In this document: positions 52,281-64,000 of the stretch, piece after piece
Layout of the letters: the number at the start of each line of letters is the position of its first letter
Position numbering within the stretch: position 1 is the stretch's first letter
Source of the DNA: Cetorhinus maximus
Taxonomy: Eukaryota
Reading direction: 5' to 3'
DNA: 64,000 nucleotides
Assembly (NCBI RefSeq): GCF_964194155.1
Contig: NC_135916.1
Coordinates: 1,240,001 to 1,304,000, forward strand
Program-made: the position numbers and the translations under genes
The notes under the pieces: generated by a model
Told to the model about the DNA's origin: nothing
What the model saw: only the letters and a program-made list of their open reading frames with translations
Database searches by the model: none

Positions 52281-53219
52281 ATTGAGTTGCATTCATTTTG
52301 TAACCTCCAGTATCTTGTATGTGAACGTATATATAATTCCCTCCATGTATCCGTGATGTTTGCAAGAGTGGAACTAACTCTATTTTTAATATTTTAATGT
52401 GCTATCTCCAAAAGTGAGATTTCGTTCGAATCACTCAAAATCTGGAACCAAATGTGAAGTTCCAATTGATATTCATATAGTCAACTGCTACAAGTATGTT
52501 TTCCTTGTGTGTCGATTGGTGACATATTGCCTGACTGTAGATTTGGCCCTGTAACATTCGGATTTTCCTCATTGTTATGTTTTTAGTGTATGTTTGTGGT
52601 TTTATCCCTGTATTTCATTCACTGGTACTTTGCATCAGATGGGGATAATTCATTGCTTCTCAGCGTCTTGTATAATCTGTGAGTTTGGCCATGGTTCTAT
52701 AACTGTCAGTCTCTCAAACTGAATGTGAGTGTGTAATAATTCAGTCTTTAAGAGCAACTAGCTGACAATGAGTGTGTGATTCATTCCACTGAACTGTGCA
52801 TCTGGTTTGTATGGGTATGTTCCACTCCCTGCGTATCTCTCATTGTCCTTTACAGTGCATGATTTGGGGATTAAATTGAACATGACAGTTTCCAATAGAC
52901 GATGTGATTGTGGGGTTATTTCTGTATTTTTATGGTTTCAGCTATTCTATTTGAATGAGATCTTTTCTGTCTCATTCAGATTCAGGTAGTGTAGTGAGTG
53001 TGGGATTTATTATAAAGCTTTCAGACTTGGAAATTTGGGTGATTAACATCTGCATCATGGATTTTTGCTCCCCAGGCACAGTGTATGTGGGGATAATTAT
53101 GTAGTTGCCGTTCTCTGGTATGCTTTGAATTTATTTTTGTTCTTATAGCTGTATTTGATCTATGTTTGAATGTGTGAGTAATTTTGCACCTGAGAATTCT
53201 GCCCATCTAAGTATATACA

Positions 53220-53431
53220 ACTTCTCTCTCCCCCCGCCCCCCCACCTTAAACCAGCTTATATTTCACCTTTCTCCTAACTATGCTTCAGTTCTGCCGAAG
53301 GGTCGTTAAGACTCGAAACGTTAACTGATTTCTTCTCCACCGATGCTGCCAGACCTGCTGAGTTTTTCCAGGTAATTCTGTTTTTGTTTTGGATTTCCAG
53401 CATCCGCAGTAGCTTTTAGCTTTTTGTTTTT
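53220..53431 (+). mobile_element. Penelope 3' fragment (copy of 15470-15682)
   Basis: Near-identical sequence. Confidence 0.88.
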
Positions 53432-56400
53432 AAGTAGGTATATTATTCAATCTGTATCTGTTTTTCTCCACTGTTGCAGGTAAGTGTGAGATAAGACTAT
53501 ATCTGGACTTTTAATGAAACGTGTTGGAATATATTTTTATGAATCCCTCAACATAGCAGTATTTGTTAACCTTTGGTTTAACCTATAACATTGGCTTCAT
53601 GTGTTTTGTAGTCACAGGTTATATTCAATAGTTGCCTGGGATTTGTGGAATCACATTTGATTTTTAGCTCTGTGAAAACAATTGTGAATATTTAATCAGA
53701 TACACAGCCTCATATGTAATTTGTTCATTTTGTATAAAGGGATTGCTGTTGAATCTTTACTGATGCTGCCATTTTTGGTGTGAAATATATAGATATGTCT
53801 AAATTCTAAGGGACGGTGCTGCAATTTATTCTGTCCCTTCCAATCAGTTATTTCTTGTCTAATGAGGCTCAGAATAATTAATTAATTTCTGACCAACGCA
53901 ACACAATATAATTAAATCTGATATTTGGTGTGTTTTCTGTGAACATTTTGATTGATGTATGCTCCTCTCATCTAGGTTACTGGAAATAAAAACAAACAAC
54001 AACAATAAAATCAGACTCTCCTGCTCAGTTTGTATCTTGCATTGAAAAGTTGTCACTTCCCTTTGAAACAGTGTGGGAATGAACAATTAATTGGTTGTGA
54101 CTGTGGACATAATGACCTGGAAGTTTCTCTGCTCTCAGTGAATGGTCCTGTACCTAGCTAGTGTTGCAGCTAGCTCACTTTTTAACCTTGTTCATTTTGT
54201 GACTTTTGAAGTTGTCACTATTATCTACCTTTGTCACTAACATCATCATGCAGCAGGAATACCCATAGCACAGCTTGTGAGCTAAGATTTGTTTGTCTCT
54301 TTTCATGTTGTACCTTTCAACCATTATTCATTCCTGATATTTCGACTGCAGATTGATTTATTAATTTGGAGGCCTGTACTATTATTTCAGTAATTTTTCC
54401 ATGTAGAAATATGAAGGTGAGTTTCACTTTTGGAACACATGGATGAAAATAGTATTTTGCCATTTTTATTTGAACAGTGATATCCTTCTTTGCTGGACCA
54501 CTCCTCTGATTGCATTGACAATCACTGGGATGCATTTAAGTATTTTATTCTGTATCTATTGTTTTCTGAGATGAAAAGGTGAAAGCTTTGTAACTGTCAA
54601 TCTTTAAGTCTCATAACAATGCACATGTCGAATTTTGTTTTGTCTGATTTTTCTCATAAATAGTTAAATGCCAGGTTTGTTGTCATCTAAGGCTGTGTTT
54701 CTGTCTCCATCTGCCAGTTTTTTTTATGAGTGTGAGTTTTAAACTGTCGGGTGTGCTTTCACATATGTGAGTATGATTTCCGTTTCTTAATCTGCTGCTG
54801 TATTTATCAGTTTCTGGGATTCTTAATGTGACTGTGACTCAGTAACTTTCAGGTTCTGGTAAGTGATTGCTGGTGTTAGAATGTCCATGTGAATGTCTTG
54901 TTGTTTTACTTTCTAGCACTTCCTTACTTGCTATTGAGCTTTTTTCCCTCAGTCTCTCCATTAGTTTGTGGCATGTGAATGTGAGTGCTATTCTGTATCT
55001 GTCAATAACTGCATTGTGAGCGTGAGTCATAATTGCAATTGCCAGTTTTAGGTATGTGTCTGGAATGCAAATGTGAATTTTACACTGCAGTTCTCACTTT
55101 TGAATGTCTGAATGTATGTTTGAGATTACTTCACTGACTTTGACAATGTAACTATGATTATTCTCAGTACATTTTCTATGAGTATAGCCTACATTCTTTA
55201 TCTATTAGTGTCTTATCAGCAAATGTAAGACTTATTGAAAATCTGTCAGTATTATAGTATTGTCATTGTGCGATTGATGATGTGGCTGTGCATGCCTGCT
55301 TTTATCTGTGTTTGGGTCTGTGTGAGAGACAGAGAGAGAGAGCATGTCTGAAGATGTGTGTGTGTGTGTGTGTGTGTGTGTTCATGGTGTTTTTTTTGTG
55401 TTTTCGTTCCTTCTGTCTCTCTAATGTGTTTATGGACTTATCTTTTTATTTGTCATTGTTCAATATAGAAATGTGCATGTTGATTGGTACTCATAATTAT
55501 CTGGCATGATGGCATGGATTCATTCTGTACATGTCCAATTCTTCCCTTTTCAATTTTGATAGTCTTGGCTGTAAGCAGTAACTGTTAGGTTTGGTGTATG
55601 TAAGTTTGCATTTTATCAGTAGTTGACCTTTTCAGATATGAGACTGCGGTATTCAATCTACCCGCTCATTTCCAGTTTGTGTTGTGAGCATGTCTTTTAC
55701 TTTGTTAAAGTGAACATGTAGTTTCTGAGACTCTGCATTTACAGTGAATCTGTTGTATGAATGCCGATTTTAGTCTGTACCAATTTGATTCAGTTTCTTG
55801 TTTTATTTTCGGTGCTCAAATCTCTGTTTTACAAGTGATATATTCCATTCTGCTTGTGTCAATTTTTGATGAACTGAACAATAGTTTTTGTGAGATTCTG
55901 TTGATATTTTGTGTCTGAATATGGGATTTCCTTTGTACATGTCAGATTTTAGCATGAAGGAATGTTTATCAACTGCAACTAAGCAAAGCCAAAATATTCT
56001 CGGCTGGATGTTGGAAACCTCAAAAAAAGGGAAGAAAATTGCTGAGAATACTGAGCAGGATTGTCAACATCTGTGGAGAAAAAGCTGAACTGCCCGTTAT
56101 CTGAAATTCCTGATGTGATGGAAGGTCATTTGCCTGTAATGTTCACCCTCAATCTTTCTAAACAGTTGTTGCCGTCCCTGCTGAATATTTCCAGCATTGT
56201 CGGTGTTTTTTCCTCCCCCTGTCTGTGTTAATTCCCAGCTGGTAAATATCACTCTGCACCTGACAGAGTCTGATACTTACATTTCACTTTTATTCTGACA
56301 GAATCTCCAAGTGTATTTTCCTCTGTGACTCTCATTTATGTGTGTGTCTGAATCATTGTCGATTTTACGGTGAGCCTGTTAGCCGACAATATTTATGAAT

Positions 56401-57057
56401 GATGGCCACCTTTCAGTTTTCCATTTAGTATGAAAGCATGAACCTATTTTCCATGTCCCTCTCGGTTTATGGAATGGACTGATTTGTTTTGATCAGCAAC
56501 TTAAAGTTTTTAATGCATGTTCATGTGTGTTTTTACAGTAGCCATCAAGATCAGCGATGTGTGTAGCCATGCTTCTCCTATTTTGAAAAGGCTTATAGAA
56601 AATTTGGTTTTATTCTGCATCTCTATGTCCCTGGAATGTGTCTGTGGTTTTACAATGTAATTGTCTGTCTCTGTTATGGGAATGCAGGATAGTTCCGTGT
56701 CGGTCAGACTCTCCTCTGAGAGTGGTGTTATGTTATTCCCTGCTTTGTGAGTTAAGTTTTAACCATTTTTTGTTTGTAGTGATCTGTCGAAGTGAGTGTT
56801 TGTGACAATATTCCTCTGGCATGTCTATGCACGCCTCCATTAACAAAAATATACTCTATCTTGATTTCTGATATTGAATAAGATTTTTGGAATGGAATTT
56901 AACTTGTTGCTTTGCGAGAACTTTGCATGTATTCATGAATAATTCTGCAAACATTAATTGTCTGATATTTAAGTTGTAGCTAATGATCTACTCTTGTGAC
57001 ATGAATGGACTGCCCTTCAATCTGATAATGTTTGCGATTTTGGACTGAAATTGGTGC

Positions 57058-57550
57058 TGTTGTGCTTTCTTCTAAGAATCGAATACAGTGACAAAGATAC
57101 AAGTTTAGGATTGTTTATTAAAGGGAACAACAGGGAGGGTCTGCTCCCTTTGAATGCCTAAAACAGAACTCTACTGATTACAGGATAACAATCTTTTTTA
57201 AACACTAAACCGTTCACGTACACATTACACTATTCTAATTCCAATCTTGGCAGTACATAATCACATGACAATCAGATGCCGCCAGTCCGCGGAACATACA
57301 TTTACTTTCCCAAGCAGGGCCTCTTCATCTCGTTCTAGCCTGGCTCTATCCCTGATACTCTTTGTCATTACACTGATGTGTTTATCTTCATCCCTCTTCT
57401 ATCTCCTAACCAGTTAATCCCTTATGATCCCAAAGGTCTCCCTAGAGAGAGCTGCTGATACCAGCCCTTATGGTGTACAAGGTTTCACTGGAGAATTTTG
57501 CTGACCTTTGGTTTCACTAAAAACATAGAAATCGCTGCTTACCTCTTACA
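57058..57550 (-). mobile_element. Solo LTR (copy of 19307-19799)
   Basis: TG...CA termini with the same flanks. Confidence 0.75.
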
Positions 57551-58321
57551 GTGGGTCTACCATTCAGCAGTACCGAGTAGCAGTGTTTTGTGGGGAATAT
57601 AATTCAGTCTCCCCTGTGTGTTAGCCTACTGGATTGATCATGTGTATCAGGGTTTGAGTTCAATTCGAGTCTGACTATTTCTGCTCTGGGTGATGGTCAC
57701 AGTGATGTTCTGTCTGTATCTGTGCACTCTTGGAGTAGGATCGTACCTGCTGCCAGTTAGAAGGAGATAGCTGCACCTCTGTGTTGGCTGGTGGAACTTG
57801 AGATTGAAACTGACCCCTTCATTAACCTGCCAGAGAGGAAGAAAGATATCTCCAGTAAGGCAAAATCAGCTGAGGTCAGTAAAAGGCAATAGATCAATGT
57901 AATATTTCAACTGATAATCAATTTCAAAAATACTGTACATATCATGGCGGACAACGAAAAAACTACAGTGTCTGATTCCACTTCTAACTATTGAGTGAGA
58001 TTCAGAAACAACCCGCATCTGCACTGCTCCAAGTGTGTCACTACGCGGGCCCAGAGATATTGGTACAGGACAGATTTCAATTTCCAGCTCCCTTTGTAAG
58101 AACCGCCAACTCAATCTAACTGTGGAAGGTACAATGTTTCTTTGAGACGCCTCAGCTGAACAGCTGGTGCCTGCAACACGTGTCGTTAACATTACTGCTC
58201 CACTCCTTACTCTCCGTCTGTTTCCACGATTCACTGTCCAAAAGCCAACATGTTGTGTGAATCAGCAGCTAAACTTGGAATATGCATTACAGGATTGAGG
58301 GGGGATATCCCAATAGTTTTC

Positions 58322-58713
58322 AATTGCAGCTTGCTCAGGTTCTGTCTCCCTCAGCAGGGCCACACACAGCCCCAGAAAGGCCTCTCCCCGACCACCAGCT
58401 CACTCCAAGTTCCGGAACACGTTCCCGCTCCGCTCCGCCTCTTACAAACAGCCCCCCGGTTCCCCCTGAACTTACCCCGAGTCAATGATGATTTCTGTGC
58501 CCACACTGACAAACCGGTGCCCTGCTGGAATCAGAACGCTGTTTACTCGCTTACCCGGGCCCCAGTATTTCCATTTCCGTCTGTTTGAAACAAAGGTCTT
58601 CCGCTCGCTGAGTGAAAGGACGTCAAGGGCAGTGGTTGGTGGGAAGGGAAGCGCGCATGCGCCCGACTAGTCACCGAGAAATTCCAAAACGCAGGGCTGC
58701 AATGCGCATGTGC
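58322..58713 (-). promoter_or_regulatory. Conserved promoter/first-exon-like element (second A copy)
   Basis: Same sequence as 20571-20962; micro-ORF at 58551-58574. Confidence 0.6.
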
Positions 58714-59573
58714 TGTTGGAAACTAACTAAGAACAAAACCAGGTCATCTGGTCCTTCCCCATGTCAATTTCCTCAGCCTTGAGCATAGGAATTGGAATGT
58801 GGGGAACGGGCAGAGACGTTACGAGCAGGAGGGCCATCCCTGTATTAAATCCAAACTGGGCGTCTTTGCTGTTCATTCGACGGTCTCCGCAAATTAATCC
58901 ACATGTCGAATAGGTCTGTTTGCTGTTATAGCTCAGAACTTAATATCAGATCGTAAAAGTCTCAGGTTAATATAATCAGATTGAAAATGTCAGTCACTGA
59001 CTGTCGTATTCAACAATTTTAGTCGAAGATTTCCCGAGAGTTCCAGAGTTTATAGAATGTTATATTTCATTATTATTGCCTCAACACCACTCAGTTTCCT
59101 GGACTGTGGGACAGAAATGTATCTGCCTCTCCTCCAATGTTAATGAGAGATGAGGCCTGGTATTTCGCACCGCTGGGGGATCTATAAGCCTTATCGATCA
59201 GCTTCAGAATATTCAGTGTTTCAAAAAGAAAACCTCTCAATCTTCTAAACTCCAATGACGATTATTCCAACTTGATCATGATTTCCTCACCAGTCAACAA
59301 CTGGAAGCTGCTCATGAACATTCCCTGAACTGTATCAAGGGATCGATATTATTCAGTTGTCCCCCATCCCTCTACTGCTGTTGATGTGCATGTTACTAAT
59401 GTTACTGATAGGATTATATAAACTGATACTCACACTCCTCCCATGTGAGGTGAGGGACTGTCACTGTTCATTCTCCTCTCAGAAATTCAAGTATGACATT
59501 TCATTAGATTATCTCCAGTCAAACATCGAATTCTGCTCTGAAAAACTCTGTCACTGTCAGGAACGTGACGATG

Positions 59574-62500
59574 GGAGAAGTCATCGCAGCCACCGCGACT
59601 CAGGAGGGAATCGAGGAGGACCCACTGTCAAAGAATGGAATAGCCCCAAGCATTACATTGCTGTAGTGTTTCCATCCCTCCCTCATCCTCAAACCTAAAA
59701 AACAGAGAGAGGGGAAGAGGCAGTGTCTCCAGGAGTGCACCAAATCTGCGAGGGATACTCTTCTGAAAGTGGAATTTAAAGAAAAAGCAGCTGATTGCTG
59801 AGTAAATCCTGGGAGCAGACTCGGAGGGAGGAGAACTGAAGCGGTGATTGTAAACCTAGCTTACCTTGAGGATTCGCAGTCTTGTCTCTAGGGAGCAGAC
59901 TCGGAGGGAGGAGCAGCAGAGTGGTGACCTCGGGGCACAGAGTAACTGAAGCCAAAACTGAAAAAGTGACGTCACATGAAAGCTGTGACCTGATTGGTTG
60001 GTAGGAAATCTGCACCAAATTTGAAAAAAAAAACACGGCAAAGCTAATTAATAAATTAATTGTCTAAGTACAGATGGCTGGGCAGGTGATGTGCTGTAGC
60101 TGTATGATGTGGGAGCTGGCAGATCCCAATGCGAGCCACAGTGACCACATCTGCAGCAAGTGTTGTTGCTGGAGGAATTCCGGCTCAGAATTGATGAGCT
60201 GGAGTCCGAGTTCTGGACACTGCGGCACCTTCGGGAGGGGGACAGTTACCTGGACGCTTTGTATCAGGAGGCGGTCTTACCTGGTAGATTAAGTACCTCA
60301 AATCCGGTCAGTGGTCAGGGTCAGCAGGGTGTGACTGCAATTGAGGCAGGTAGAGGGATCCTGTGTTCAGTAAGTGAGGACCCTCAGCTCTTGACCTTGT
60401 CCAACAGGTACGACGTACTTGCTCCCTGTATGGATGGGGAACAGGGCTGTAGGGAGGATGAGCCAGCTGACCACGGCACCGTGGCACAGGAGGCCATTCA
60501 AGAGGGGGGAGCACAGAGACAAGTGGTAGTTGTAGGGGATTCTATAATTAGGGGAATTGATAGATTCCTTTGTAAGCAGGATCGAGGGTCCCGCATTGTA
60601 TGTTGCCTGCCCTGTGCCAGGATGAAGGACATCTCTGACCGGCTTGAAAGGATATTGGAGAGGGAGTGGGAGGATCCAGTTGTTGTGGTCCACGTCGTGA
60701 CAAATAACATAGTTCAGACTAGGAAACAGGACCTGTTTGGGGATTATCAGGAACTAGGAACTAAATTAAAGAACAGGTCCTCAAGGGTTATAATCTCGGG
60801 ATTACTACCCGAGCAACGTGCAATTTGGCATAGGGACACAAGAATAAGGGAAGTAAACACGTGGCTAAAGGAGTGGTGCGGGAAAGAGGGGTTCCATTTC
60901 GTGGGGCACTGGCATCAGTATTGGAACAGGAGGGATCTGTACCATTGGGACGGTCTCCACCTGAACCGATCTGGGACCAATGTTCTAGCGAAAAGCGTAA
61001 GTAGAGTATTCAACAGGACTTTAAACTAGAAAGTGGGGGGGGGGGAGGGAAGGGTAAAACTGCAAGAAATATGACTAATGGGAAACAGAGCAGCAGGTTA
61101 GCATGTGGGGTGGTGGATTCAACTTCATGGAAAATTATGAAAAAACTGAAAAGAAAGGAGAGCCCAGGAGAGGCTATTAAAGTCTCCAGAACACAAAATA
61201 GGACAGAGTGTTTGGAAAGGGCTAGGAATCTAACTTCAAGCACATCAGATAAAGGGACGACAATGAGAAAGGGGACGGGAAATACAGGACTGAAGGTGTT
61301 GTATCTGAATGCACACAGTATACGAAATAAGGTAAATGAGCTTGTGGCGCAGATTGAAATTGGCAGGTATGATCTGGTGGGCATTACGGAGATATGGCTG
61401 CAAGGGGATCAGGGCTGGGAGCTAAATATCCAAAGATATACAACCTATCGAAAAGATAGGCAGATTGGCAGAGGAGGTGGGGTTGCTTTGTTAGTAAGAA
61501 ATGAAATTAAATCGATAGCAAGAAATGATGTAGGGTCAGAGGATGTAGAATCTGTGTGGTTAGAGTTGAGGAACCACAAAGGTAAAAAAAAACATAATGG
61601 GATTTATGTACAGGCCTCCGAACAGTAGTCAGGATGTGGGCCACAAGATACACCAGGAGATAGAAAAGGCGTGTAAGAAAGGCAAGTTTACAGTGATCAT
61701 GGAGGATTTCAATATGCAGGTAGAATGGGAAAATCAGCTTGGTAGTGGATCCCAAGAAAAGGAATTTGTGGAATGTCTACACGATGGCTTTTTGGAGCAG
61801 CTTGTGGTGGAGCCCACTAGGGAACAGGCAATTCTAGATTTAGTGATGTGTAATGAGGCAGCTAAGGGAGCTAAAGGTGAAGGAACCCTTAGGAGGAAGT
61901 GACCATATTATGATAGAATTTACCCTGCAATTTGAGAGGAAAAAGCTGGAATCAGATGTAACGGTATTACAGTTGAATAAAGGCAACTACAGAGGCATGA
62001 GGGAGGAGCTGGCCAGAATTGACTGGGAGATAAGCCTAGCAGGAAAGACAGTGGAACATCAATGGTAGGAGTTTCTGGGAGTAATTTGGGAGAAAAAGCA
62101 AAAATTCATCCCTAGGAAGAAGAAGCATACTAAAGGGAGGACGAGGAAACCATGGCTGACAAGGGAAGTCCGGGACAGCATAAAAGCTGAAGAGAAAGCA
62201 TACAATGCGACGAAGAGCAGTGGGAAACCAGGGGATTGGGAAGCCTACAAAGACCAACAGAGGACAACTAAAAAAGAAATAAGGAGGGAGAAGATTAAAT
62301 ATGAGGGTAAACAAACAGTAATATAAAAGAAGATTGCAAAAATTTTTTTTACATATATAAAGGGCAAGAGAGAGGCAAAAGTGGATATTGGGCCGCTGGA
62401 AAATGACGCTGGAGAAGGATTAGTGGGGAACAAAGAAATGGCGGAGGAACTGAATAGGTACTTTGCGACAGTCTTCACAGTGGAAGACACGAGTGACATG

Positions 62501-64000
62501 CCCAAAGTTCAAGAGAGTCGGGGGACAGAGGTGAGTATGGTGGCAATTAACAATAAGAAGGGGCTAGGAAAACTGAAAGGTCTGAAGGTGGATAAATGAC
62601 CTGGACCAGATGGATTACACCCCAGAGTTCTGAAGGAGATAGCTGAAGAGATAGTGGAGGCGTTAGTGGTGATCTTTCAGTAATCACTGGACTCAGGGAT
62701 GTTCCCAGAGGACTGGAAAATCGCTAATGTAACCCCCTTGTTTAAGAAGGGAGTGAGGCAAAAGTCGGGAAATTACAGGTTTAATAGCCTGACTTCGGTC
62801 ATTGGTAAGATTTTAGAGTCCATTATTAAGGATGAGATTTCAGAATACTTGGAAGTGCATGGTAAAATCGGGCAAAGTCAGCATGGTTTCATCCAAGGGA
62901 GGTCATGCCTGACAAATCTGTTAGAATACTTTGAGGAGGTAACGAGTAGGTTAGACAAAGGAGAGCCAATGGATGTTATGTACTTGGACTTCCAGAAGGC
63001 CTTTGACAAGGTGCCACACAGGATGCTGATCAGTAAGATAAGAGCCCATGGTGTTAGAGGCAAGGTACTAGCATGGATAGAAGATTGGCTGTCTGGCAGA
63101 AGGCAGAGAATGGGCATAGGGGGGTCCACCCCAGGATGGCGGCCGGTGAGTAGTGGAGTTTTGGAGGGGTCAGTGTTGGGACCATAACTTATCACTTTAT
63201 ATATTAATGATCTAGTTGAAGGAACTGAGGGCATCCTGGCTAAGTTTGCAGATGATATAAAGATAGGTGGAGGGACAGGTAGTATTGAGGAGGCGGGGAG
63301 GTTGCAGAAGGATTTGGACAGGTTAGGAGAATGGGCAAAGAAGTGACAGATGGAATACAACGTGGGGAAGTGTGAGGTCATGCATTTTGGTAGGAAGAAT
63401 AGAGGCATAGACTATTTTCTAAATGGGGAGAGAATTCAGAAATCTGGATTGCAAAGGGACTTGGGAGTGCTAGTCCAGGATTCCCTTAAGGTTAACTGCA
63501 GGTTGAGTCATTAGTTAGGAAGGCAAATGCAATGTTGGCATTTACTTCGAGAGGACTAGAATATAAAAGCAGGGATGTGGTGCTGAGGGTTTCTAAGGCT
63601 CTGGTCAGACCACATTTAGAATATTGTAAGCAATTTTGGGCCCCGTATCTCAGGAAGGATGTGCTGTCCCTGGAGAGGGTCCAGAGGAGGTTCATGAGGA
63701 TGATCCCAGGAATGAAAAGCTCAACATATGAGGAACGTTTGAGGACTCTGGGTCAATACTCGATGGAGTTTAGAAGGATGAGGGGGGATCTGATTGAAAC
63801 TTACAGAATACTGAAAGGCCTGGATAGAATTGACGTGGGGAAGATGTTTCCATTAGTAGGAGAGACTAGGACCCAAGGGCACAGCCTCAGAGTAAAGGGC
63901 AGACCTTTTAGAACAGAAATGATGAAAAACTTCTTTAGCCAGAGAGTGGTGAATCTATGGAATTCAATGCCACAGAAGGCTGTGGAGGCCAGGTCACTGA
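59574..64000 (+). mobile_element. CR1 LINE (second copy, runs off the window), retains RT core
   Basis: Copy of 21823 onward. Keeps 63022-63630 including KFADD near 63242. Extra small deletion near 61860. Confidence 0.93.

Larger units (their letters stand above)
50595..57740 (+). repeat. Degenerate ~40-bp tandem array (second A copy)
   Basis: Near-identical to 12845-19990 at offset ~37,750. Confidence 0.65.

Overview
Vertebrate replication-dependent histone gene array, most likely from a cartilaginous fish (inferred from the CR1, Penelope/Neptune and tRNA-SINE repeats and the H1 sequence). The window holds about 1.5 copies of a ~40.8-kb higher-order repeat. The offset between copies is 40,846-40,866 before the H4 genes and ~37,750 after them. 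Each repeat is two old, diverged subunits: A (H1-H4-[scar-H4]-H3-H2A(-)) and B (H1-H4-H3 plus an H2A promoter with no CDS). There are 12 intact intronless histone genes (3 H1, 4 H4, 3 H3.2, 2 H2A), all with 3' stem-loops, and no H2B anywhere. Three non-histone features stand out. (1) Every subunit has a ~300-bp element that is almost as homogenised as the histone genes; on the minus strand it shows NRF1 sites, a pyrimidine initiator-like start, splice donors and a MEILGPG micro-ORF whose A/B differences are all synonymous. (2) A cryptic, highly decayed ~40-bp tandem array of about 7 kb lies between that element and the H2A promoter, where H2B would normally be. (3) Penelope 3' ends carry hammerhead-like motifs with compensatory changes. 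A complex inversion/deletion scar, a full-length CR1, a Penelope insertion with a 14-bp TSD, a solo LTR and SINEs are also present. Identity figures are by-eye estimates; no database searches were run.
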